From Bdellovibrionales bacterium (GTDB lineage Bacteria > Bdellovibrionota > Bdellovibrionia > Bdellovibrionales > UBA1609): 64,000 nt of DNA. Of this stretch, positions 25,856 to 35,420 are shown piece after piece. The DNA is taken from the NCBI GenBank assembly GCA_020628165.1, contig JAHDFM010000013.1:15420-79419 (forward strand), read 5' to 3'. Under the pieces are notes generated by a model. The model ran no database searches. It was given only the letters and a program-made list of their open reading frames with translations, and was not told the origin of the DNA. The first letter of the stretch is position 1; every line of letters begins with the position of its first letter. A program made the translations under genes and the position numbers.

Positions 25856-27223
25856 ATGTTTGAAACCTTATTTGATGCACAAAAAAAATATTTTAACGAC
25901 AAAAAAACATTACCATTAAATAGTCGCATTGACTCACTGACACAGCTTGAAGATATGATTGTCAATCACAGCGATGACATTTGTGAAGCTCTCTACAGCG
26001 ACCTCAAGAAGCCAAAACTGGAAGCCTATGTCAGTGAGGTGAGCATTCTCCTAGGAGAAATTAAAACTTTTAAAAAAAAGTTAGCAAAATGGATGAAACC
26101 AAAGAAAGTGCGCACGCCCCTATTACTGCAGCCTGCAAAAAGTGAGATCAGACCTGAACCCCTTGGTGTCACACTCATCATTGGACCTTGGAACTACCCT
26201 TTTCAGTTGGCAATAAATCCTCTTATAGGAGCTCTTGCGGCTGGCAACTGCGCTGTCATAAAGCCCTCGGAGTTAACTCCAAACACAGCTAAGCTCATGA
26301 AAGAGCTCGTTGCCAAGCACTTCAATGAAGACCATGTCACTGTTGTAGAAGGCGGTATCCCTGAAACAACTGAGCTTCTTAAAATTCCATTTGATCATAT
26401 ATTCTTTACCGGCAGCACACCCGTTGGCAAAATAGTCATGCAAGCTGCGGCCAAAAATTTATCTCCTGTGACTCTAGAATTAGGTGGGAAAAGTCCAGCC
26501 ATAGTGTGCGCAGATGCCGATTTAGAATTGGCCGCCCGCAGAATAGTTTGGGGAAAGTTTTTCAACACTGGGCAAACTTGCGTGGCTCCGGACTACGTTT
26601 ATGTCGACAATAAAATTAAGACGTCATTTATAGATCTCATTAAAAAAGAAATTAACTCGCAATACGGAGCAAACCCAAAAGAAAGTACAAGTTACGGTCG
26701 CATTGTTAACCTTAAAAATTTAAATCGTTTAATAGACCTAATAGATAAAGACAAAGTTGCGCATGGAGGCAACTACGACGAGAATGATCTTTTTTTAGAG
26801 CCCACAGTCCTCACTGATGTTAAATGGAATGACAAAATCATGAGTGAAGAGATTTTCGGACCAATTATGCCAATTCTCACATTTGAGACATTGAATGAAA
26901 CTTTTCAACAGATAAATAAAATAGACAAACCCTTATCTGCTTATCTATTTACAAATTCACAAAAAAATAAAACCGCTTTTCAACAAGAGATTTCTTTTGG
27001 GGGTGGCTGTGTAAATGATGTTATTATGCACTTAAACAACCACAATCTGCCCTTTGGTGGAGTTGGGCATTCTGGAATTGGCAATTATCATGGAAAATAC
27101 AGCTTTGATTGCTTCAGTCATTATAAGAGCATTTTGTACAGAACAAAGCACTTTGACTTGGACAGTCGTTATGCTCCGTACACCGATAAAAAATTTAATT
27201 TATTAAAAAAAGTGACTAGTTAG
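25856..27223 (+). CDS. NAD(P)+ aldehyde dehydrogenase (class 3-like)
   Basis: ELGGKSP, FFNTGQTCVAPDY (catalytic Cys) and EEIFGP motifs. Length 455 aa. Confidence 0.9.
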   Translation: MFETLFDAQKKYFNDKKTLPLNSRIDSLTQLEDMIVNHSDDICEALYSDLKKPKLEAYVSEVSILLGEIKTFKKKLAKWMKPKKVRTPLLLQPAKSEIRPEPLGVTLIIGPWNYPFQLAINPLIGALAAGNCAVIKPSELTPNTAKLMKELVAKHFNEDHVTVVEGGIPETTELLKIPFDHIFFTGSTPVGKIVMQAAAKNLSPVTLELGGKSPAIVCADADLELAARRIVWGKFFNTGQTCVAPDYVYVDNKIKTSFIDLIKKEINSQYGANPKESTSYGRIVNLKNLNRLIDLIDKDKVAHGGNYDENDLFLEPTVLTDVKWNDKIMSEEIFGPIMPILTFETLNETFQQINKIDKPLSAYLFTNSQKNKTAFQQEISFGGGCVNDVIMHLNNHNLPFGGVGHSGIGNYHGKYSFDCFSHYKSILYRTKHFDLDSRYAPYTDKKFNLLKKVTS

Positions 27224-27978
27224 AACAGCATTCCTAATGACAAGTTAGTGGAACTGAAAGCCCCTAATGAGCTTGGACGATAGGAATGGTTTAACATCAA
27301 TTGCATGCGCACCTTACGACCTAACCCAAAAGAATAACCGGCGCCAACTAAAGCATATGATGAAACTTCTTCGTAAGTTTTATCATCACCTTTGAAGCGC
27401 GCTTCCCAACTTGTCCCGTCTCGGAAATTAACCGTTGCGGAGTTAGTAGAAAAACAAAAAATAAAACAGTCTTCTCCAGACTCGTAAGTGAACCTAAGCT
27501 CGGAGTAAGAGGCTCCTAAATCACCTCTTACAAAAAAACCACTCCCAATATTCGGGCCAAAATAATGCTGCACACTTGCTGCTAGGTCTATCCTTCGAGA
27601 GTCAATTGCAAACCTGTCGCCTTCATTATTTGAAATTTCATTTCTCGCTAATCCGCCAGCTAAGTAGGGGCCGAACATAGTTTTGTGGTTATTAAATGGA
27701 AAATAAAAGGCTAAACTCATGCCAAAACCGACCATACCTGAGTCTTTATCATTTGGAGCAAATTTTTCTAGGTCTTCTTTTTTATCTGAAAAATCACCTG
27801 CAAACGAATGCGAAATAGCAGCCGTATCAAAGAATATGTACCAGTTTTCATTGATTGTTGGGGTGATGATTTCTTGCTTTTTAACTTTTACATCAATAGC
27901 TGTATCTACCTCATCTGCTAAAGCATTGTTAATTGTAAAAACTGTTAAGATTAACGACAAAATGAGTAATATTTTCAT
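27220..27978 (-). CDS. Small outer-membrane beta-barrel protein
   Basis: Start moved to ATG 27978 (MKILLILSLILTVFTINNALA signal peptide). Alternating strands and terminal ...LSLGMLF. Confidence 0.65.
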   Translation of the reverse strand: MKILLILSLILTVFTINNALADEVDTAIDVKVKKQEIITPTINENWYIFFDTAAISHSFAGDFSDKKEDLEKFAPNDKDSGMVGFGMSLAFYFPFNNHKTMFGPYLAGGLARNEISNNEGDRFAIDSRRIDLAASVQHYFGPNIGSGFFVRGDLGASYSELRFTYESGEDCFIFCFSTNSATVNFRDGTSWEARFKGDDKTYEEVSSYALVGAGYSFGLGRKVRMQLMLNHSYRPSSLGAFSSTNLSLGMLF

Positions 27979-28108
27979 CCCAAAGACCCTTATATTAAAG
28001 CTGTTATTAGAATTATTAACATCAGCAATTAATATGCCAAGGATATGCATTTTCAATTCAATGACTGATAATTGAGTGCTATGCAAGAACTGCTCAGACT
28101 CAATGGTT

Positions 28109-28143
28109 AAAAAAAAAGCAAAGTGCTTTCACACTTTGCTTTT
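28109..28143 (-). terminator. Rho-independent (bidirectional-looking) terminator after the Cys-repeat lipoprotein gene
   Basis: A9 - AGCAAAGTG CTTTCA CACTTTGCT - TTT. Confidence 0.75.
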
Positions 28144-28171
28144 AAATTTTAATTAATTATTTAAAATTGAT

Positions 28172-30112
28172 TTAAGGAGTGCAGCTATAGCTTGTTGTGC
28201 AATCGTGTTCATCCTTATTTATTTTAAGTTTAAATGGTTTCACACACTGTGGAAATCCCTGCGGGATAATTGGACAAATGTGAGGACCGTCTATCTTTTG
28301 ACACGACTGACTGACTATACAGCCCAATTCATCTTTTTTAGCTATGGCTCGGTAGCCCTCTTTACACGATGGTAGGTAAGTGATTTCAGGGTAAGGACAA
28401 ACTACTTCCTTAGGCTTACACTCATAACCCGAGTGACAGCCATTTTCCATTTTAGAAACCATAATCTCACCACTCTTACAAAAGTTTGGAGCTGGTGGTA
28501 CAAATCTTGGACAATTAACTCCTCGACATTCCCACTTAGACAAACAGTTATTGCCGTCGAGAACTTTGACGAGCTTCGTCCCCGGCTTACAAAGTGGTAT
28601 GGCCATATTAGTGTAAGGACATTCTTTTTGATCACTGACACATTTGTAACCTATAAAACATCCCATACTATCGTTACGTGGAACTTTTTTTTCACCAGAC
28701 TTACAAACAAGATAGTGATTGGTAATGACATGTGGGCAAGCTAAAATGTCTTTGACACATTTTCGGCTGACAACACAATTGTTTTTGTCATAATTAACTT
28801 GAACTGTATAACCAGGAGCACACTCTCTCTGATCATAATGGACACCGATGAGTTTGTTACAAACCTTAGTTTCATCACACTTCCATCCAGTAACACAACC
28901 TTGTTTATTTTTATTAGGTGTCAGCTTTCCACCAAGTAAATCACATGATTTCTTTTGTTCTATATTTGGCTTGACTTGAGGACAACTTCCTACACAACGA
29001 TAGCCGATAACACAACCTGATTTATTTTTAATAATTTTATATTGTCCACCCGTTTTTTTACACTCTCTTTCACTTGCAGAGTTGTAATAAGGTAAACTCG
29101 GTCTAGGGCAATTCACTTTGCTTTTACATCTGATACCAGCAAAACAGCCTAAACTGTCATTATAAGGAATTGGTTGGCCACCTGATTTAACACAACGATT
29201 TTTTTGAGCTGTTATTTTGTTTTTACTTTTTAAAGGTGGGCATGTCGGTATTTTACATTCATAGCCAATAAGACAATTGTTTTTGTTCTTTTTTGGTACA
29301 GGTTTTAAACCACTTTTACAAATTGGCATAACAGTAGCTATCAAAGGACATTGTAAGTTTGAAGCCTCACAACGATAACCGGATAAACACCCTTTTTTAA
29401 AGACCTTACGCAAAACCGTTTGAGGTGGGCAATCTGGTTGTAAGATTTCTTTACCAGAGCAAGCTGGCCTTCGCTTCACACATCTGAAGCCTGATAAGCA
29501 ATTTCTTTTGTCGTAAACTCTCTTCACTAATCCATTCGTGCAAATTGGTTGATCAAATAAATTTGGATCCGGACACATTGGTCTCATATGATTACCAATG
29601 AGCTTTAAAATCAAACGACGTAGAATTTTTCGCTCAGCTCTTGATAGATCAAACTCGCTTTCACAGTTATTGTACTCACCTAAGTTTATTTCACGCCCAT
29701 CAATATTAACTGTGATGTCTTCTTCACTCTCGTGCTGTGTTGTACACAGTTCTTGAGATTTTTTTATTGGACGAATCAAACGCAATAAATAGATCAGCTC
29801 TTGAGTTTCTTCACTGTTCATCTTTTGACTTGTATTTGACTCACCTTGCTCGAAAAGAATCTCTTGTTTTTCAACGTCGACATCTACTGCCAATGATCCG
29901 GCTGCAAAATCATCTTGCTCATCTGGCTTTAACTTCATACTCAATTGTGAGACATCAGAAGATAAAGCGATTGGTCTTTCCAAACCAATTGTTGACTCCG
30001 CTTCAGCTTGCATTAAATCAAACTCAACGGCTTCTCCGCAGTTCTGAAAGGCAAACAAAACTCCCATCAGAGCTACAACTACAAATAATATTCCTGTAAA
30101 CTTTTTATTCAT
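28172..30112 (-). CDS. Cysteine-rich repeat lipoprotein (12 tandem four-Cys modules)
   Basis: Lipobox AFQNCG. About 180 aa of acidic/helical N-region, then 12 modules C-P-x(8-15)-C-x(13-15)-[GN]-C-x2-[GS]-[YFW]-x-C filling residues 180-646. Confidence 0.8.
   Translation of the reverse strand: MNKKFTGILFVVVALMGVLFAFQNCGEAVEFDLMQAEAESTIGLERPIALSSDVSQLSMKLKPDEQDDFAAGSLAVDVDVEKQEILFEQGESNTSQKMNSEETQELIYLLRLIRPIKKSQELCTTQHESEEDITVNIDGREINLGEYNNCESEFDLSRAERKILRRLILKLIGNHMRPMCPDPNLFDQPICTNGLVKRVYDKRNCLSGFRCVKRRPACSGKEILQPDCPPQTVLRKVFKKGCLSGYRCEASNLQCPLIATVMPICKSGLKPVPKKNKNNCLIGYECKIPTCPPLKSKNKITAQKNRCVKSGGQPIPYNDSLGCFAGIRCKSKVNCPRPSLPYYNSASERECKKTGGQYKIIKNKSGCVIGYRCVGSCPQVKPNIEQKKSCDLLGGKLTPNKNKQGCVTGWKCDETKVCNKLIGVHYDQRECAPGYTVQVNYDKNNCVVSRKCVKDILACPHVITNHYLVCKSGEKKVPRNDSMGCFIGYKCVSDQKECPYTNMAIPLCKPGTKLVKVLDGNNCLSKWECRGVNCPRFVPPAPNFCKSGEIMVSKMENGCHSGYECKPKEVVCPYPEITYLPSCKEGYRAIAKKDELGCIVSQSCQKIDGPHICPIIPQGFPQCVKPFKLKINKDEHDCTTSYSCTP
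28175..29575 (-). repeat. Protein-level tandem repeat: 12 modules of 36-44 aa, 48 Cys in strict 4-Cys periodicity
   Basis: First Cys of the modules at residues 180,218,255,291,335,377,418,459,498,534,572,613. Confidence 0.85.
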
Positions 30113-30357
30113 TCTACTCCCCTAAATCTAAACTAGATATACTTTTTATAATTATCTGATATCGCTTAAAAATTGATAAACAAATAATCGGGATCTAGAC
30201 TAGACTTAAGGCTTATAGGTGATGATAAGAATACACAATAAAATATAAAATCCGTGAAAGCTCCAAATAGGTATAGGGCTTATTTGATAGTCATCTACGA
30301 TTTTATGGAAAAAAGCATTCCAGAGCTCAATTCGCCTTGTTAATATTTTGAGTGTAA

Positions 30358-30738
30358 CTACTTTTTAGAATGAGTCGACGTCACTAAGGTGTGTATGTTT
30401 CCTCTGACATTGAAATCACCAACCACTTCAATTTCGTGAGGATCTAATAACGTGACTATATCCTCTAAAATTTCATTTGTGACATCTTCATGGAAAACTT
30501 TTCGATCGCGAAAACCATTGATATAAAGCTTTAATGACTTCAGCTCAACACAAAACTGGTCGGGAATATATTTTATACGAATAGTGGCAAAATCAGGAAA
30601 GCCACTGCGAGGGCAAATGCACGTGAACTCAGGGCATGTGAACTCAACAGTATAACGTCTCACCTTAGTTCTGTTTTCAAATCGTTCTAATTTATTTGTT
30701 TCAATGGCAACTTCACCGTATAGCTTTTCTTCAGACAT
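30358..30738 (-). CDS. queF: NADPH-dependent 7-cyano-7-deazaguanine (preQ0) reductase, type I
   Basis: FTCICPRSGFPDFATIRIKYIPD, CVELKSLKLYINGFRD and FHE motifs. 126 aa. Confidence 0.9.
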   Translation of the reverse strand: MSEEKLYGEVAIETNKLERFENRTKVRRYTVEFTCPEFTCICPRSGFPDFATIRIKYIPDQFCVELKSLKLYINGFRDRKVFHEDVTNEILEDIVTLLDPHEIEVVGDFNVRGNIHTLVTSTHSKK

Positions 30739-30786
30739 GCTTCACCTCCGTATTTATTTTCATATACATGACACTTTTCATAAGTT

Positions 30787-31518
30787 CTAGTTTTTTGTAA
30801 CTAACTTTTCAAGTTTTTCAATATCGCCAAAAGTCTTTAAATAGTAATTGGCTCGTAACCAAATTTTTTCATCTTTAGTGAGGTCTCCGCTCTGCCCTAG
30901 AGAGCTCATTCTTTGTTGATAAACGTGATAAAAACAGATGGCCGCAGCAACAGAGATATTAAAACTTTGGGCGAACCCTTGCATAGGCAAAATACAATTG
31001 CCGTCCGAAAGGTCTTTCATTTCTGCACTCACTCCATCTCTTTCGTTGCCAAAAACTAATGCTGTCGGCTGAGAAAAATCGATCTGATCTAGAGGACGAG
31101 CAGACTCTAAATCGGTGCAGTAGACTTTGTATCCCCTATCCTTCAAGTGAGTGATTGTTTCTTTGGTTGAAGAGCTCACATTGATATCTAACCATTTATG
31201 AGTCCCCTTGGTAATGCGGTTAGACTCTTTGTAAGTGGCCTGCTCTTTTTCAATGATATGAAAATTATAAAACCCAAAAGCTTCAGCACTTCTCATGACG
31301 GCATTAACATTGCCACGATCAAAAATGTGCTCTAGCACGGGTACAAAATTATGCGTTCTGTTGCTAAGAACATGTTCTATTCTATCTTTTCTTTCATCGG
31401 TAAGAATTGGCGACAGTAATGTTTCTACATCCGCAGCAGCTAGTTTATGATCACCAAATTCGACACCTTCAGCTGGTATCGGCAACTTAGAATATATGGG
31501 AGCAACCTGTTCTAGCAC
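30787..31518 (-). CDS. trmH: SpoU/TrmH-family tRNA 2'-O-methyltransferase
   Basis: LEHIFDRGNVNAVMRSAEAFG, LVFGNERDGVS and SFNISVAAAI (SPOUT motifs). Confidence 0.8.
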   Translation of the reverse strand: MLEQVAPIYSKLPIPAEGVEFGDHKLAAADVETLLSPILTDERKDRIEHVLSNRTHNFVPVLEHIFDRGNVNAVMRSAEAFGFYNFHIIEKEQATYKESNRITKGTHKWLDINVSSSTKETITHLKDRGYKVYCTDLESARPLDQIDFSQPTALVFGNERDGVSAEMKDLSDGNCILPMQGFAQSFNISVAAAICFYHVYQQRMSSLGQSGDLTKDEKIWLRANYYLKTFGDIEKLEKLVTKN

Positions 31519-32390
31519 TCAAACCCCTTAATATATGGGTTAAGTCGATCTTTCATGAACTGCGGCAATGCGAAGGCACCTATATGAATAGATGAGTTGT
31601 AGTATTTAAATTTTAGATCGTCCTCTTTAACACGTTCAGTATCAAAGTTTTTGATTGGATGGTACTTTTTAGAGGCAAACGTGAAGGACCAAAAACCACC
31701 TGGATATGTCATATTGGCAAAATTATACAGAGATGTCATAGGAAAAACTTCAGACTTAATTTTTAAAAGACTGGCCTGGATATCTGGCTCATAAAAGGCA
31801 CTCTCTCCTTGCGAAACAACAATGCCATCATCACTTAAGCACTTAAAAACATTTTGGTAAAATTCAATTCCAAAAAGAGGAGTCGCAGGGCCTATTGGAT
31901 CTGTTGAATCTACGATGATCACATCAAACTTTTCATTGGTTTCAGCCACAAACTTAACACCGTCATCAATTTTTAAATCTAACTTTGGATGACTAAAAAC
32001 TTGCGCTGTGATCGGAATAAACTCTTTGCAAGCATCAACGACCATGGCGTCGATCTCAACCATGGTGCACTTTTCAACACTTTTATGTCTAAGGACTTCT
32101 CTGGCCGTTCCGCCGTCACCGCCGCCAATGACCAACACGTTTTTGGGGTTCGGATGAGTGTATAACGGAACATGAGTGATCATGTCGTGATAAGCAAATT
32201 CATCTTTATCACTCACCATGAATAGACCATCATTTAACAACACTCGCCCCAGGCAAGGAGTGTCAACGACTTCTACTTTTTGAAATTCACTTTGCCCAGA
32301 AAAAAGTTTTTCTGTGTACCTAAAGCCAAATCTCATTTCATTTTTGTGAATTTCTTCTATCCAAGTATCACTCATTTTTATTGTCCTCAA
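31512..32390 (-). CDS. speE: Spermidine synthase (polyamine aminopropyltransferase)
   Basis: VLVIGGGDGGTAREVLRH and DVIIVDSTDPIGPA. Overlaps trmH by 7 nt. Confidence 0.9.
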   Translation of the reverse strand: MRTIKMSDTWIEEIHKNEMRFGFRYTEKLFSGQSEFQKVEVVDTPCLGRVLLNDGLFMVSDKDEFAYHDMITHVPLYTHPNPKNVLVIGGGDGGTAREVLRHKSVEKCTMVEIDAMVVDACKEFIPITAQVFSHPKLDLKIDDGVKFVAETNEKFDVIIVDSTDPIGPATPLFGIEFYQNVFKCLSDDGIVVSQGESAFYEPDIQASLLKIKSEVFPMTSLYNFANMTYPGGFWSFTFASKKYHPIKNFDTERVKEDDLKFKYYNSSIHIGAFALPQFMKDRLNPYIKGFEC

Positions 32391-33318
32391 TTTTTATAAC
32401 TTCAGCCTTTCCATACTGAATATCTGGCTTGTAGTAGGTTTTATACAAAACGTTGTAGCCGCCGATCGTATCGCGGACTCCTCGTTTTTTGACTAAATTT
32501 TCCATAGAGATATCGACAATCTTTTTGCTATCAAACTGAATGATATCAAAGCAAGATGGCTTGAACACATTCACTACGTTTTCTGTGATCTCTTGTGCTG
32601 ATTGTGCCGTAATGTTGGTTTCAAAACTAACATAAGCCCCTTCATCTTGAGGTGACACATGTATGGTGTAGTATTCGCTGCCTCTGATTGCATTGCATGA
32701 GTAACCGATCGGTTGAAATGCGTAGTCGTCAAATTGAAAGTCAGCAAACACTTTATCCAATTGCATGTAGTTTCTAATTTTTTTTGCGCAATTGTCTATA
32801 CAATTAAAAATATCTTTGGCTTCACCAGAAAGACCGTACATTAAAATTTCAATGACTCGGTCTTGAGCTGGTGGTTCATAGAGTTTATCGCCATGATATA
32901 AATAAAGATGATGCTCGTTAGCTTCGCCCAAACGATAAGCTGTTCCTGGAAATACTTTATTTAAACAAGCAACATCATCGTTGAAGTGAGAAGATTGTTT
33001 TCTTGGATAGTATTCATTTTTTCTTTCGTAAAAAAAAGACTCAACATTTACTGGCTGCAACTCATTTAGTAAAAACAAAGCGGCATCGCAAAGTTTCGTC
33101 GTTCCACAAGTGATCATAGTTACGCGATCATCCCAAACAAACAAGCTCGATTCTGAGAGAAGGTAGGCATCACAACTGTCAGATGAGATCACAGACAAAA
33201 TTTGAGCACAGGATTTTTCTACGCAAGCGCTCCAAAAAGACCGCCCCTTACTTCTTAAAGATGGCAAACCATCATTTACGCTCAATTCAAATTTTTTTTC
33301 AGACCCTTCAAAAAACAA
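32368..33318 (-). CDS. speD: S-adenosylmethionine decarboxylase proenzyme, eukaryote-type (class 2)
   Basis: MFFEGSEKK, self-processing site YLLSESSLFV, ITCGTT, FFYERKN, IEILM, YTIHVSPQ..AYVSFETN and VFKP are colinear with my memory of human AdoMetDC. TTG start with GAGGG SD. Overlaps speE by 23 nt. Confidence 0.9.
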   Translation of the reverse strand: MFFEGSEKKFELSVNDGLPSLRSKGRSFWSACVEKSCAQILSVISSDSCDAYLLSESSLFVWDDRVTMITCGTTKLCDAALFLLNELQPVNVESFFYERKNEYYPRKQSSHFNDDVACLNKVFPGTAYRLGEANEHHLYLYHGDKLYEPPAQDRVIEILMYGLSGEAKDIFNCIDNCAKKIRNYMQLDKVFADFQFDDYAFQPIGYSCNAIRGSEYYTIHVSPQDEGAYVSFETNITAQSAQEITENVVNVFKPSCFDIIQFDSKKIVDISMENLVKKRGVRDTIGGYNVLYKTYYKPDIQYGKAEVIKIEDNKNE

Positions 33319-33582
33319 TTTGCCCTCGCTGTTACGAATTCATGCCCATTCTTATTATCAACATGAAATTAGACCATAGATGCTATTGAGTTATCTATTT
33401 TCATAAGAATAATCAAGCGTTTATATAAATATTACTTATCAAAAAGGGCTAAAAATGAGACATCAGCTAGCCTTTGGTCCAAAACCTCATAAAAAGCCAA
33501 ATATACATGATATACTTGAAACATGCACTAGGTGCAGTGAAGGAGGTGTGGCTTCCATTTAGCAAGTGCCCAAGTTCTCGTA

Positions 33583-34077
33583 TTGAACGCATCATATGAG
33601 CCCATACGAATCGTCAATTGGCAAGCTGCCATTCTGTTATGGTTTCAAAATAAAGCTGATATTTTAGAAGAGCATTCCTATCAAGTAAGAAGTGCCATGG
33701 AAAGCTTTCCACTCCCCGCCGTCCTGCGCTTAAAAAGGTATGTCAAACCTTGGGCCAACGGTGAAGCCCGGTTCTCTAGAGACAATGTTTTTTTAAGAGA
33801 TGATTACATTTGTCAGTATTGCTACAAACCCTTTCCAACTTCACAACTAACACTTGATCACGTTTTGCCATACTCACGTGGAGGCAAAAAAAATTGGACC
33901 AACATTGTGACTGCTTGCAAGTGTTGCAATCATAAAAAGGCGAACAAAACACCTAGAGAAGCTGGAATGCCTTTGCTAAAAGAGCCCGTGCCGCTCAACC
34001 AGCGCGCAAGCCAGCCCATCAATAAAAGAAATAAAGATCAACTTCCAGATATATGGAAGCCTTATATATTTATTTAG
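33583..34077 (+). CDS. HNH endonuclease (McrA/COG1403-like)
   Basis: LTLDHVLPYSRGGKKNWTNIVTACKCCNHKKANKTP. TTG start. The in-frame upstream codons (…AQVLV) look like part of the conserved N-terminus but lack a start codon, so the start is uncertain. Confidence 0.75.
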   Translation: MNASYEPIRIVNWQAAILLWFQNKADILEEHSYQVRSAMESFPLPAVLRLKRYVKPWANGEARFSRDNVFLRDDYICQYCYKPFPTSQLTLDHVLPYSRGGKKNWTNIVTACKCCNHKKANKTPREAGMPLLKEPVPLNQRASQPINKRNKDQLPDIWKPYIFI

Positions 34078-34112
34078 ATTTTTATTTAGAGATGTTGAAT
34101 GATCTTTTCAAA

Positions 34113-35183
34113 CTACAAATCAAATTGATTCGCATACTCCGTATATTTATTTAAATAATAGGTCACCCACTCTTTGTGGTCTTGATTGGTAATTGTTGAA
34201 TGTAAGATTTGTTCTACTGCTTCTGACTTATCAGGATCAGTTAAAGTTTGGTGAAGCTTCGGGTTTAACTCTGCAAGCTTTTGCATCGTTGTTTTTACTT
34301 GATCATCATCTTTATACATAAAAGTTTGTCGTCGGTTCGTAGTCACTGTTTCTAACCAAAATGGCAAAGCTGCAATTCTAGGTTGAGTCATGTTAACGAT
34401 TTCAGGGTTATCTATGGATGCTACATTAAGCATAAAACTTGAATTGCCTGCGCTTTCTGTATCAATGGGCATGTAATAACTCTTTTTTAAATCAACACTT
34501 GAAACCATGTAATTTAAAAAAGTATCATCCATGGTTTGTATGAGTTGCCTATAGATATTAACACTTAACGGCAAGTACGCACTCATATCATCATCGAGAA
34601 CATCGTCACTGACGAAATCTTGCAACACAAAAGCCTGTGGTAAGAAAACTTGTACAGATGCCATTTTATTATCGATAGTTACTTGCCGTGTGAGTGGAGC
34701 ATGTATTCCCAACATATCTGCGACATCAGACATTCCACTTTCTACGTGTGCATATTCACTGAATTTCACAACAAAGTGAAGTCCACCGACATCGACAACA
34801 TAGGAGCTATTTAGAAAAGCATTTCCCAGCAAACTTTCTTGCCGATATCGCCAAGAAGGATTCTCTTCCCCTTCAAAAGACTCTGCAAGAAGGACCCACT
34901 TTTCACGGTCAATTTGAGTTCCATTAAGGCTTTCCATTGCGCGTGTGAGCTCAGACTTTATAGCTTTTGCTTTATCTTCGCCGTCACCACTTTTTTGTAA
35001 ACGCCAGTAATCGTATTGCTTGTTTTGAGCCTTGTGAAATTGAGGGTCTGCAAAGCGCGCATTCACACTTTGTGAGAACTCAGGGACTTTGTTAACACAA
35101 AACAAACTGAGGTCTTTTGCTGGTGAAGCAAACATAGGCTCCATCGTAAACCCCAGAAAAATGAATATTAAAAAAACCCTCAT
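34113..35183 (-). CDS. Secreted hypothetical protein
   Basis: 356-aa ORF with signal peptide MRVFLIFIFLGFTMEPMFASPA. No motif recognised. Confidence 0.6.
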   Translation of the reverse strand: MRVFLIFIFLGFTMEPMFASPAKDLSLFCVNKVPEFSQSVNARFADPQFHKAQNKQYDYWRLQKSGDGEDKAKAIKSELTRAMESLNGTQIDREKWVLLAESFEGEENPSWRYRQESLLGNAFLNSSYVVDVGGLHFVVKFSEYAHVESGMSDVADMLGIHAPLTRQVTIDNKMASVQVFLPQAFVLQDFVSDDVLDDDMSAYLPLSVNIYRQLIQTMDDTFLNYMVSSVDLKKSYYMPIDTESAGNSSFMLNVASIDNPEIVNMTQPRIAALPFWLETVTTNRRQTFMYKDDDQVKTTMQKLAELNPKLHQTLTDPDKSEAVEQILHSTITNQDHKEWVTYYLNKYTEYANQFDL

Positions 35184-35420
35184 ATGTTATAACTCATCAA
35201 GAAACATACCAAAAATGTGCTCGTTAAAGCCTGTAAACGATTGTATTTACATTAAAATTTGAGCTTATAAAAAGGTAGCCCCAGTGCTCAAACTCAATCG
35301 ACATTATTTGCTCTACAGTGTCTAATCCCTCAGCGCTAATACCTTCAAAGAAGCAGTCAAGATTTACGAAACTTACAATTCAATACCACATCTGCATGAG
35401 TTGTTTTCTATGTACAAAAA

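Noticed and set aside
27220-27223. Convergent genes with overlapping or nearly touching stop codons and no terminator (27220-27223; also 24623/24629, 48266/48268, 59685/59689)
   Set aside because: The observation is real, but it is common in compact genomes. By itself it gives no evidence of special regulation.
30739-30786. Looked for a preQ1 riboswitch in front of queF
   Set aside because: The gap is only 48 nt. Its minus-strand sequence (AACTTATGAAAAGTGTCATGTATATGAAAATAAATACGGAGGTGAAGC) lacks the conserved preQ1-I stem and A-rich tail pattern I remember, and contains just an SD.
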